Shown: one piece after another, positions 10,396 through 19,121 of the stretch
Position numbering within the stretch: the stretch's first letter is position 1
Layout of the letters: the number at the start of each line of letters is the position of its first letter
Assembly (NCBI GenBank): GCA_027366165.1
Contig: DAHXKX010000100.1
Location: forward strand, 3,720-67,719
Reading direction: 5' to 3'
From: Actinomycetota bacterium
Lineage (GTDB): Bacteria; Actinomycetota; Acidimicrobiia; Acidimicrobiales; Acidimicrobiaceae
DNA: 64,000 nt
Made by a program: the position numbers and the translations under genes
The notes under the pieces: generated by a model
What the model saw: the letters and a program-made list of their open reading frames with translations, nothing else
Told to the model about the DNA's origin: nothing
Database searches by the model: none

Positions 10396-11349
10396 ATGAA
10401 AACTAGCTTGTCTCACATGCATGGAAAAGACGCCAGCACAGAATTCATCAGAATTTCCGAGATCACAAAAATCCTCTCCGACCAAGCTAACGACATTTCC
10501 CAACCTTTCAAGAGTTTAATCGGGGACGATGCTGCCGTCATAAATTCTCAAGACTTGAAACTCACACTCTTCGCGTCAGACATGATGGTTGAAAACATTC
10601 ATTTTCGGACATCATATCTCAAAGAGGCCGATATTGGCTACAAGTCAATGGCCACAAACGTTTCCGACATGGCGGCCATGGGAGGTTTTCCCCGGTACGC
10701 GACAATATCTCTTGCCTGTCCCGGAAATTTCGATATGGAGAAGTTCTACATGGGAGTCAAGAGGGCGTGCGAAGAATACGGTTTTCACATCGCGGGAGGC
10801 GATCTCTCTTCTTCGGAATTGATCGTGATATCGGTTGCAATGCTCGGGTCCTGCTACGCCGAGCCAATTAGACGTTCGACCGCACGAAGCGGGGATGCCA
10901 TCTTCGTCACCGGAGCGGTTGGCGGCTCTTCCGCGGGCTTGGAACTCTTGATGGCAAACCCCCACTCTGAGGGCCCGCTTGTAGATGTGCACAAGGCTCC
11001 AAGAGCGCGCCTCCGCGAGGCAGAGGCGATCTCTCGATTGGGCGCCAGTTCGGCGATCGACATCTCTGATGGCCTCGTAGCCGATCTCAACCACATCTGT
11101 GAAAACTCGCACCTTGGCGCGGCGCTGACAGAACTTCCAGTGGCTCCGGGTGCGTCTTTGGAAAATGCCAAGTATGGGGGTGAAGACTACGAACTGATCT
11201 TCAGCCACCAAGACCCGGCCAGCGTTCACTCGACATTCGCCTCTTTAGGACTTCGAGGGCCGTATATGATTGGATCGTTCACTGACGCCCCGGGAATAAC
11301 CCTTATGGGGGAGGACGTCGTGGTCCGGGGATACCAACACGACTTTTAG
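10396..11349 (+). CDS. thiL: Thiamine-monophosphate kinase
   Basis: AIR-synthase-like fold signatures are present: IGDDAAVI, NVSDMAAMGG and GGDLS. The length is 317 aa. Confidence 0.85.
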   Translation: MKTSLSHMHGKDASTEFIRISEITKILSDQANDISQPFKSLIGDDAAVINSQDLKLTLFASDMMVENIHFRTSYLKEADIGYKSMATNVSDMAAMGGFPRYATISLACPGNFDMEKFYMGVKRACEEYGFHIAGGDLSSSELIVISVAMLGSCYAEPIRRSTARSGDAIFVTGAVGGSSAGLELLMANPHSEGPLVDVHKAPRARLREAEAISRLGASSAIDISDGLVADLNHICENSHLGAALTELPVAPGASLENAKYGGEDYELIFSHQDPASVHSTFASLGLRGPYMIGSFTDAPGITLMGEDVVVRGYQHDF

Positions 11350-11604
11350 CCTATCCAATGCGACTCGTCGACAAAGTGAAGTACTGGGTCAATTGGTACC
11401 TCACAGACACATGCCGGGATCACTCCTGGCAGGTTGAATCGGAATTAGTGGCACTATAACCCAGTTTCTTGCGATAAACCAGGGATTTCCTAAGTAATCA
11501 CTGAATTCCGCCGTTGGTGAAGCCGCCTGTCAATCTAAGAGCTGCACGACAGGCTAAGTTGTGTTTGCGATATTTTATTTGTAGAAGAAATACTGGGAGC
11601 GGCT

Positions 11605-11865
11605 ATGAACGTAAGGGCATTTATCTTGGTGCAGACGGAAATAGGGTTCTCAGCTTCAGTTGCGAAGCAGTGCCAACAATTGCCAAACACCGTTTCCGTA
11701 GATCAGGTGACAGGACCATACGATGTGATCGTTGTCGTCGAATGCGCATCGATCGAAGAACTCGGAATGGAGGTGGTGGCGCAGGTCCAACAGATCGATG
11801 GCGTCACGCGCACGTTGACATGCCCCTCGGTCCATCTGGTGAAAAACTTCAGTACCGCTGACTGA
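11605..11865 (+). CDS. Stand-alone Lrp/AsnC ligand-binding (RAM) domain protein
   Basis: 86 aa: MNVRAFILVQTEIG...VDQVTGPYDVIVVVECASIEELG...IDGVTRTLTC. This is the typical beta-alpha-beta-beta-alpha-beta RAM pattern. GGGAG lies 5 nt upstream of the ATG. Confidence 0.75.
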   Translation: MNVRAFILVQTEIGFSASVAKQCQQLPNTVSVDQVTGPYDVIVVVECASIEELGMEVVAQVQQIDGVTRTLTCPSVHLVKNFSTAD

Positions 11866-12030
11866 CCTACCAACAGGGCTACCGAAGACCGCTGATTGCC
11901 AGGTCACGGTGCCTTTCAGCCTCGCTGAGTGGTGCCAAAAGTCGCCAAGTTGCCACGCTTATTTCACCCAACCCTCGACGAAGAACGCCCATCCGACAAG
12001 AGATCACAAGATCCGTTTAAGAAGGTAGCG

Positions 12031-13320
12031 TCAGAATCGGGAACGGGACCCCAAATCAATCGAAAGCAGATCGTCAAACGGAACCAGGTTGACTCTATGC
12101 ACCTCCCTCGATCGCCGGAACAGATAGCCCTGTCCTCCGCCAGAGCGGGCTATTTCCCAGGGTTTCAGCCTGGGTTGATGGCTTCTGGATTTGGTCACTC
12201 CGCGCGGTCCAATCAACCTTTCCAAAAGCGATCCTCCATAACTGCTCGATATTGATTCATACTCAATCTCTCCCGAGACCAGTGACAGCTGGTGAAGGGA
12301 GGAGCTGTCGGATATCCCAGGAAAGACGAGCGTAGAACCGAACAGGGTCAGAAATCCCTGCGAGGCCTCACCCCACCGGGTTCGCGCCTGCGAGAGATCC
12401 TGCAACGCCCCCAGCAGCATCACTTTCTGCGAAGCGCCTTCTGAAAGTACTGAGGATATTGAACCAAGTGGTGCGATATTAGCCATTTCATCAAGTATCA
12501 GCGCCAATGGGGGTCTTCGTGAGTCTCTTTCCCGGTCGGAACTCATGGCAAAGGACCTGTTTTTCACCTCGTCGATCATTCCCACGATGACCGGGGCCAC
12601 CAGCTTTTGGATATGAGATGGCGATACGACATAAAGGGTGTCGCTAGAGTTCAGAAACTCCCCCGAGTCAAATCGCGCAAAGCGTTCGTATTGATGTACT
12701 TCGGGAAAGCTGTAGCTGGCCAAAAGCCCGAGGGCTGTCGAAAAGATGCCAGATCTCTCCCTCTCCTCACTTAGTAAAATCCCCCTAAGTGAGTCGAGCG
12801 CCAACTCTTCGCCACAAGATTTCAATATTCCGGCGGGATCTTTGCATTCCCGCCGGTTGAGCCAGCTCATCATTGTGTCCATCTCATAACCGCCGATTTG
12901 TGCCGCATGGATCAATGGCGCCATTAGCGACGCAGCCCTTTCCACCCAATGGGAATAACCTCCATGTTGGCCGTCGACAAGAATTGAGGCATCAATCATT
13001 GCCCTGGTAACCGCCAAGGCGTCGGAATAAGTTCCAACCGGACTTATGGGTGACCAATAGACCCGTTCGATTCCATCAGGTAGCGGAACCGATCCAGATG
13101 GATCCACAACTAAGACTCGCCCTTTTTTCGACCTCTCTCTATAAGTTGCCTCCACCAAGTCGCTCTTTGTGGAGGTGGCGATCACCGGGCCAGGAGAGAG
13201 CAAAATGTTAGGGATTACTATCGACCTAGTCTTTCCCGAGCGAGGAGGGCCAAGAACCAAGAAGTGAGATTCCGGGGGAAGGAAGACCGGACCTCCAATT
13301 CCACTACCGGCGTAGAACAT
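12031..13320 (-). CDS. Type IV secretion coupling protein-like ATPase (TraG/TraD/VirD4 family) lacking an N-terminal membrane domain
   Basis: Walker A GPPRSGKT sits at residues 24-31 and a Walker-B-like LALILDEMANI follows. The C-terminal block SEGASQKVMLLGALQDLSQARTRWGE...LVFPGISD resembles the TraG-D_C region. No TM helices precede the P-loop. Confidence 0.75.
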   Translation of the reverse strand: MFYAGSGIGGPVFLPPESHFLVLGPPRSGKTRSIVIPNILLSPGPVIATSTKSDLVEATYRERSKKGRVLVVDPSGSVPLPDGIERVYWSPISPVGTYSDALAVTRAMIDASILVDGQHGGYSHWVERAASLMAPLIHAAQIGGYEMDTMMSWLNRRECKDPAGILKSCGEELALDSLRGILLSEERERSGIFSTALGLLASYSFPEVHQYERFARFDSGEFLNSSDTLYVVSPSHIQKLVAPVIVGMIDEVKNRSFAMSSDRERDSRRPPLALILDEMANIAPLGSISSVLSEGASQKVMLLGALQDLSQARTRWGEASQGFLTLFGSTLVFPGISDSSSLHQLSLVSGEIEYESISSSYGGSLLERLIGPRGVTKSRSHQPRLKPWEIARSGGGQGYLFRRSREVHRVNLVPFDDLLSIDLGSRSRF

Positions 13321-13383
13321 CCCGCCCCCTTATTGCCTCCTCCCCCGCCTCGCGAAAGCAGGTTCCTGTGCAAGACTGGCCGT

Positions 13384-13456
13384 TCATGCCACTTCTTCTT
13401 TCAGAAGTTGGCCCCATTGGTCCGCTGTACACACCTGGGTGCGGTGTCTCTCCGCG
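13384..13456 (-). repeat. Conserved tnpB 3'-end block, copy A (putative IS200/IS605 right-end/omega-RNA-like module)
   Basis: An ungapped hand alignment to 25475-25547 gives 56/73 identical positions. These include a 17-nt exact run (tcatgccacttcttctt) and the pair tgggtgcggtgtctctccgcg / tgggtgcggcgtcgctctgcg at the same offset. Confidence 0.6.
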
Positions 13457-14083
13457 CCTGAAACCCCCAGTCCTGCGGCAACGCCTTTCAGATGAGGAGC
13501 AGACTTGGCAAGCTGTCGCCCCGTAGAATCCCCACTTTTGCCCCAAAAGTTTCCCCTGATTCTCCACTTTGGCATCAGCGGTCCAGACCATGTTCTTGAC
13601 CTCAGGGTCTAATGTGGCAATGAAGTCACACCTGTAAACGCCCAGCCTGTTCTCCTCAATCCATTTCTGCTCTCTCTTGGTTGATCCTTTCTTCCGGCTC
13701 GCGAGCCTGCGTTGCAGCCTCTCAACCTCACCTGGACACAACAGCTTGGGTCTATCCAGATTTGCGCCTTCCGATACGGCAACAGTCAAGGCTGCCCGAA
13801 GGTCCAAGCCAGCTTCAGCATCTGTGTGATGGCGCACAACCCGTGGCACGGGTGCGATGAGCCGCGCATACCACCTGCCGGATTGATCGGTGATAGCCCT
13901 GACTAAGAGTAAGGCTTCGAATTGGCATGCCTGAGCGGCGCGGGTGATCTTAACAGCTCGGCTTTTGGCCCGGAGACCTTCTTTTCCAATATTAAGGTTG
14001 CCGATAAAGCCTCCATCACGGAAGTGACGGGAGAAGCCCGTCTCGTACCAGACACCCGGAAACAACCCCTCGGTGATGCTCAT
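13384..14083 (-). pseudogene. tnpB: IS200/IS605-family TnpB relic (5'-truncated, internally deleted, frameshifted)
   Basis: The track ORF 13304-14083 reads QSGRWYARLIAPV...AGLDLRAALTVAVSEG...ERLQRRLASRKKGSTKREQ, which matches the TnpB WED/RuvC-I and 'RLQRRLSRKxKGS' region. There is no Zn-ribbon or RuvC-III. The genuine C-terminal tail (...LAKSAPHLKGVAAGLGVSGAERHRTQVCTADQWGQLLKEEVA*) is in a different frame (13384-13575). Confidence 0.7.
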
Positions 14084-14181
14084 GTGGCCGGTTCAACATT
14101 ATTGTGCGACACATAAAACTCCTCAATCCAGGACGACTGTTACAACGATTCACCGCCCTGAGGGACTTTCGCGCGGGTTGG

Positions 14182-15336
14182 TCAACCAAAGGCGCCCGAG
14201 TCTTCGAGCACTGAAATTTCATGGGTAGAAAAGCCTAGCTCCTCAAGTATCTCATCCCTGTGCTCTCCAGGAAAGGGTGGGGGCGAAATCGTTGGGTTGA
14301 AGTCCTTAAACCTAGGGGCAGGACGTGGATGGGTCACTCCATTGACCTCTTCGAACACATTCCGCTCTATCAGGTGGGGATTCATTTCAGCCTCCGCAAA
14401 GTTGTTGACGGCCATCACACAAGCATCGGCACCTTCAAACAGGCGTTCAAAATATTCGCGCTTCCTCTGGGCGAAAATCTCAGTCAGCACCCTCCGCATC
14501 TCCGGCCATGTGTCACGTCCGTACTGATTTCCAAACGCTTGATCACCAGCCACTCCCAGCCTTGCGCACAATTCAGCGAAGAACTTTGGTTCAAGCGCGG
14601 CTAGGGCAATATCTTTGCCATCGGCGCACCGGTAGATCGCATAAAAGGGCGCCCCGCCATCGAGCAAATTGTCATGTCTTTGAGGACTCCATAGTCCGCT
14701 GGCGATCAGTCCATGCAACATGGTCCCCATCAATGACACTCCGTCGACGATCGCGGCATCTATGATACTTCCCTTGCCAGTGCTCCGTGCCGACAGAATT
14801 CCAGCAAGCATTCCAATCGCAGCCATGGTCCCACCGCCACCAAAATCTCCAACCAGATTGAGCGGGATCACAGGTGATTCTTTGGTCCCGATCGCATTGA
14901 GAAGACCGGTGACGGCGATGAAATTCAGGTCATGCCCAGCCCTTGCCGCGAGCGGGCCGGTTTGACCCCAACCGGTCATCCGTACGAAGGTCAGCTTTGG
15001 ATTGACCTCACTCAGAACATCTGGACCCAGGCCCAAGCGCTCCATCACCCCCGGTCTAAAACCTTCGATTATGCCGTCAGCATTGACGACAAGTCTTTTG
15101 GTGACCTCCACTGCGGCCGGAGACTTGAGATTTAAAGCGATCGACCGTCGGTCGCGGTTCATCAAATCAGATGTGAATAAATCCGTGACCGCGTGGGACC
15201 CATTTGATGCCGGCCTGTCGATCCGGATGACCTCAGCACCTAGTCCCGCAAGTATCATCGCGGCAAACGGAGCGGGGCCTATCCCAGCAAACTCAACAAC
15301 TGTTACCCCGCCCAAAGGACCACTGGAATCTTTCAC
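14182..15336 (-). CDS. CoA-transferase family III protein (CaiB/BaiF; alpha-methylacyl-CoA racemase-like)
   Basis: The N-terminus is GVTVVEFAGIGPAPFAAMILAGLGAEVIRIDRP, and the 384-aa length is typical for the family. Confidence 0.82.
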   Translation of the reverse strand: MKDSSGPLGGVTVVEFAGIGPAPFAAMILAGLGAEVIRIDRPASNGSHAVTDLFTSDLMNRDRRSIALNLKSPAAVEVTKRLVVNADGIIEGFRPGVMERLGLGPDVLSEVNPKLTFVRMTGWGQTGPLAARAGHDLNFIAVTGLLNAIGTKESPVIPLNLVGDFGGGGTMAAIGMLAGILSARSTGKGSIIDAAIVDGVSLMGTMLHGLIASGLWSPQRHDNLLDGGAPFYAIYRCADGKDIALAALEPKFFAELCARLGVAGDQAFGNQYGRDTWPEMRRVLTEIFAQRKREYFERLFEGADACVMAVNNFAEAEMNPHLIERNVFEEVNGVTHPRPAPRFKDFNPTISPPPFPGEHRDEILEELGFSTHEISVLEDSGAFG

Positions 15337-15446
15337 ACTCCCAACATTACCCAGTTGGGTCGAGATTTTCCTGCCAAAACCGTGCCCCCGTTACAATCAG
15401 CCACCCAGAGTCTGAGTGTCCTTGAGGACCATTCCGGCGCCTTTGG

Positions 15447-16325
15447 TCACGGCCTGGTTATGGCTCGGTAAATATTTTCAAGAATGGCATCTCTGACGTC
15501 GCGCCAGACTGCTTCAGGAAGCTCATGGGCCATACCCTCAAAGGTCAGAATCTTCGAATCCGGAATCGCCCAAGCGGTGGCGTATCCACCGCTTGGGTCA
15601 ACCAGCCTGTCAGCGAGACCGTGGATCACAAGCGCAGGTATTGCAATTTTCCCGAGTGCCTCAGTTCGGTCTGGAGACACAAGAATCGCCATCAACTGAC
15701 GTGTCAGCCCGTCAGGGCAAAAACACCGGTCATACGACTTGGTGACGAGCGCAAGCGCCTTTTCTCTGTCAAAATACCGCTCGGACGAAATCACCCTCGA
15801 CGTCTCCAGCTCGGCCGCTATAGATGTCTCCCTGTCCCGACCCGCCGGTTTGAGCAGGGCGGCAATAATTTCCGGCGAGGGCTGCCCTACATTGGCGGCT
15901 CCGGTATTCGCCATGATCGAACACAGCGACAGAAAGCGTTTTGGATGGTCGATGACGGCCTGCTGAGCGATCATTCCTCCCATCGATATACCGACCACAT
16001 GTGCGGCTTTCACCTCAAGAAAGTCCATTAGACCGACAACATCATCGGCCATGTCAATTAGCGAATAGGCCGCCGTTGAGGCATCGCCGGCGACACCGGC
16101 GAAAATCTTGGGTAATCCGACAGAGTCGAACTTCGTTGACAGTCCACAGTCCCGGTTGTCAAAACGAACCACGCGAAAGCCCGAATCTGCGAGTTCGTTG
16201 CATATTGCCACCGGCCAGGCGATCATCTGCGCACCGAGACCCATTATGAGAATTATTGCAGGGTTCTCTCGGTCTCCAAAAACATCGAATTCGATATCAA
16301 TACCGTTAGCTTGTGCCTTTGCCAT
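15447..16325 (-). CDS. Alpha/beta hydrolase
   Basis: Carries the oxyanion region ILIMGLG and the nucleophile elbow GISMGGMIA. Length is 292 aa. Confidence 0.8.
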   Translation of the reverse strand: MAKAQANGIDIEFDVFGDRENPAIILIMGLGAQMIAWPVAICNELADSGFRVVRFDNRDCGLSTKFDSVGLPKIFAGVAGDASTAAYSLIDMADDVVGLMDFLEVKAAHVVGISMGGMIAQQAVIDHPKRFLSLCSIMANTGAANVGQPSPEIIAALLKPAGRDRETSIAAELETSRVISSERYFDREKALALVTKSYDRCFCPDGLTRQLMAILVSPDRTEALGKIAIPALVIHGLADRLVDPSGGYATAWAIPDSKILTFEGMAHELPEAVWRDVRDAILENIYRAITRP

Positions 16326-16426
16326 GAAGGGACACCTCCCTAGCTCGACTTAAGGTTTGAATACAACCATAATTCGACAGGGTAATAACGGCAAGACGGA
16401 AATTTGCAGATGGCGATTCCGAATGG

Positions 16427-17266
16427 TCATGACTGTTTCGTCCACCAAATCAATCGGGACTCCAATTGTCTTACCGGGTTCTCAATGAGGAACTCCTTGA
16501 CCTCAGGGTCCCTGGAAGCATCCAGACAGATCCTTTGACGAATCGACTCCACCAGGTCATCATCAACTGTGAGCGTCTTCTCCGAACCTCGATAAAAAGA
16601 CGATGTCTCCGGGTTGATTCCAAGACTCTTGATGATCTCAATGAGTTGGCCTGCTGAAGGCATTTCTGGCCTATCGATATTCCAGAAGTGCTTCCATGCG
16701 GGGTTAGCTACGGAATGGGGATGGTGGTCGTGGATCTCGATTACGACACCGATCAAGGCCGCATCATTGAGCCTGGTGATGAACTCGCAAGGATTCGGGA
16801 CGTTATACAACACATTTGCGCAGACAACAACGCCCGCCCTTCCAGACTCCTGGGCAACAGATAACCATGATCCTTGAACAAGTTTGAGAGTGACCCGCGT
16901 CTCCCCAGCCTCATGGTAGCGCCTCCTGAAAGATTCAAGCATCTCCCCGGATACATCAACTGCGGTGATCGAGGTGACCTCGTCCAAGATAGCCAAGGAT
17001 ACGCCCCCGGCTCCGCATCCGACATCCATTAGGCTTCTCGACTCCACTTCGGTAGCACGGTTGAGTAGCTCCCTTATCTTCATCACGGTTGGAGAGTTGG
17101 CACGCTGGGCAGAGGGGGCAAAGTTTTCCGGCCTCAACCTCCAAGGCGAGGTGCTTGTCTGATTGAGAATCTCATCGGGAATCGCCCAACCCGCCAAAGA
17201 GCGCTCCCAATCGTCACACAAAGTCCTGCTGTTCATGAGCTTACAGACTACATGGCAACGGGCCAT
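16427..17266 (-). CDS. Class I SAM-dependent methyltransferase
   Basis: Motif I is LMDVGCGAGGVS. The start ATG overlaps the upstream stop (TAATG). Confidence 0.78.
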   Translation of the reverse strand: MARCHVVCKLMNSRTLCDDWERSLAGWAIPDEILNQTSTSPWRLRPENFAPSAQRANSPTVMKIRELLNRATEVESRSLMDVGCGAGGVSLAILDEVTSITAVDVSGEMLESFRRRYHEAGETRVTLKLVQGSWLSVAQESGRAGVVVCANVLYNVPNPCEFITRLNDAALIGVVIEIHDHHPHSVANPAWKHFWNIDRPEMPSAGQLIEIIKSLGINPETSSFYRGSEKTLTVDDDLVESIRQRICLDASRDPEVKEFLIENPVRQLESRLIWWTKQS

Positions 17267-17880
17267 TAAATCTGATTCAACAGCCTCGACTTGGCCAATT
17301 CGTACTCATCCTGTGTGATCGATCCAGCCCGCCTGAGTTCGGCAAGCTTTGACAATTCATCGATTGGCGAAACGGAATTTCCAATTCCCCTTGCAGATGA
17401 ATGCCTGGATATCTGCGAACTGGTCAGCCGAACGATCCTGTCTGGCCTTAGAACGTGGTTGAAGATGTCTTTCCCATTCTCACCAGAATGGTCCACCTCC
17501 AACGCACCAAAACCCAACATCCTGTCCAGCATCTTCTGTGAATAGCTCAGGTTGGAAATTTGCCCAATCGGAATCTCTCTCACCCGCCGGCCAATGGCCC
17601 CATTTATGTGGATCAGTCTTTCGGTGGTGATGATCAGGTGTGACGCCTTATATTTCACAATTCTCAGACCAAGACGACAGATCAGGATTACCAGTGCCGC
17701 AAGGGGAAAAAATAGTGTCCACGATGGCAAAAATGAGAGAATCACAATCCCGGAAACCGTCAAGACCGTCAGAAGCAGCAGTTGAAATACCGGTGCCAAT
17801 AAAACACTCCAATGCGGCTTCTGATCTACCACAAGATCTTCATCCTCGTTGAGGTCAAAATGCCAAAATGCCATCGCCAT
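17266..17880 (-). CDS. Membrane bPH (YdbS/YdbT-like) domain protein with C-terminal SHOCT domain
   Basis: Two N-terminal TM helices are followed by a PH-like segment (YKASHLIITTERLIHING). The SHOCT-type tail is SPIDELSKLAELRRAGSITQDEYELAKSRLL. Confidence 0.65.
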   Translation of the reverse strand: MAMAFWHFDLNEDEDLVVDQKPHWSVLLAPVFQLLLLTVLTVSGIVILSFLPSWTLFFPLAALVILICRLGLRIVKYKASHLIITTERLIHINGAIGRRVREIPIGQISNLSYSQKMLDRMLGFGALEVDHSGENGKDIFNHVLRPDRIVRLTSSQISRHSSARGIGNSVSPIDELSKLAELRRAGSITQDEYELAKSRLLNQI

Positions 17881-17910
17881 ATGTTACATGATGCCACCGA
17901 CGGAATGTGG

Positions 17911-19020
17911 TTACGATAGTTTCGCGGCTATCGAACCCGCACTGGACAAAGCTGTCCCATCCGCGCCCGCAGTTACAGGAAGATAAGTCCTGACTCTCTG
18001 CGACTCCTCGATCAAGTCTCCCAAAAGTCTCTCAAAGCCGATCACCGGGGAAATGAAAAGATACTTTGACAGTGAGCCTGGAATGGTGTTGATCTCATTC
18101 ACGTAGAGTTCTTCAACACCGTCAGAAAGAAAATCGATTCGCGCCAACCCACGCACCGGCAATATTGCTCCCACAATGCGCGCATATTTCATCAAGGATT
18201 CCGATAACGCTTCGGGAATCATCGCAGGCAGTTCACGCGGTGCAGCCACCATGCCCTCACCGGCCACATATTTGTCCACATAGGTGAGGATCTCCGACCC
18301 TGATCCAGATCTGACCGGCTTCTCAATTGCGGACAGCTCAAAAGACGGATAGCTTCTCACCGCTACCTGGAGATCAAACAGGTCAGGGCGGTAGGGTTCC
18401 AAGACCGCACCCTGGCGCAGATGTACGTTCGACTTCAGCCTGGCCATAGCAGTCTCAAAATCGGCAACAATGTCAATGCCAATCGACGAGCCGCCATACC
18501 TTGGCTTTACGATATACGGACCATCAAATCCTGGGTGACCAACCGCATCGCACAAGAGTTTTCGCGGAAGGGTCGGGACGTCGTGAGAAAGTAACAATCC
18601 TCCGAACGCCAACTTATCCATGCCAACGGCCGCACTCTTTGAACCCGGCCCGGTATACGCGATCCCAGCGAGGTCGAGGAGAGCCTGAAGAGAACCATCC
18701 TCGCCAGCTCCACCATGAAGACACACCACCACCACCTCGATCTCAAGCTCACGCGGTTTAGAGAATCTCCCTCCTCCGCCTGCGACAAACCCTTGACCCA
18801 GACTGAACGAAACCGGACGGGCACCAGAAGGCACCCCGTCAGAAAAGTCCTTGGCCTCCAGCGAGATCTCGGTCTGAAAGAACTCCCCAGTCTTTGACCA
18901 ATAAAGCGAAATAACCTCGTGGGGGGTGTCTGCCAATCCCCTAACCGCCTGAAGACCAGTCAAGATACTTATGTCATGCTCAGGTGACACGCCACCAAAA
19001 AGAACTCCGACCTTGGCCAT
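17911..19020 (-). CDS. ddl: D-alanine--D-alanine ligase
   Basis: The N-terminus MAKVGVLFGGVSPEHDISILTG and ATP-grasp motifs (VKPRYGGSSIGI, EINTIPGS) are present. The track ORF starts at 19062. Confidence 0.92.
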   Translation of the reverse strand: MAKVGVLFGGVSPEHDISILTGLQAVRGLADTPHEVISLYWSKTGEFFQTEISLEAKDFSDGVPSGARPVSFSLGQGFVAGGGGRFSKPRELEIEVVVVCLHGGAGEDGSLQALLDLAGIAYTGPGSKSAAVGMDKLAFGGLLLSHDVPTLPRKLLCDAVGHPGFDGPYIVKPRYGGSSIGIDIVADFETAMARLKSNVHLRQGAVLEPYRPDLFDLQVAVRSYPSFELSAIEKPVRSGSGSEILTYVDKYVAGEGMVAAPRELPAMIPEALSESLMKYARIVGAILPVRGLARIDFLSDGVEELYVNEINTIPGSLSKYLFISPVIGFERLLGDLIEESQRVRTYLPVTAGADGTALSSAGSIAAKLS

Positions 19021-19121
19021 CCCTGTTCCAATCTCCACTTCTCTAGATAAAGATCCTCGCAACCGATATAGAGATTAGCCGTGGAACCGGCCATCGTGAA
19101 GCAAAGGCAAGAAGTAGTCGC

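Noticed and set aside
13304-14083. Treating the 259-aa ORF as an intact novel gene translationally coupled to the T4CP-like gene
   Set aside because: Its C-terminal third is an out-of-frame read of the tnpB tail. The real tail is conserved with copy B only in the other frame, so the long ORF is chimeric.
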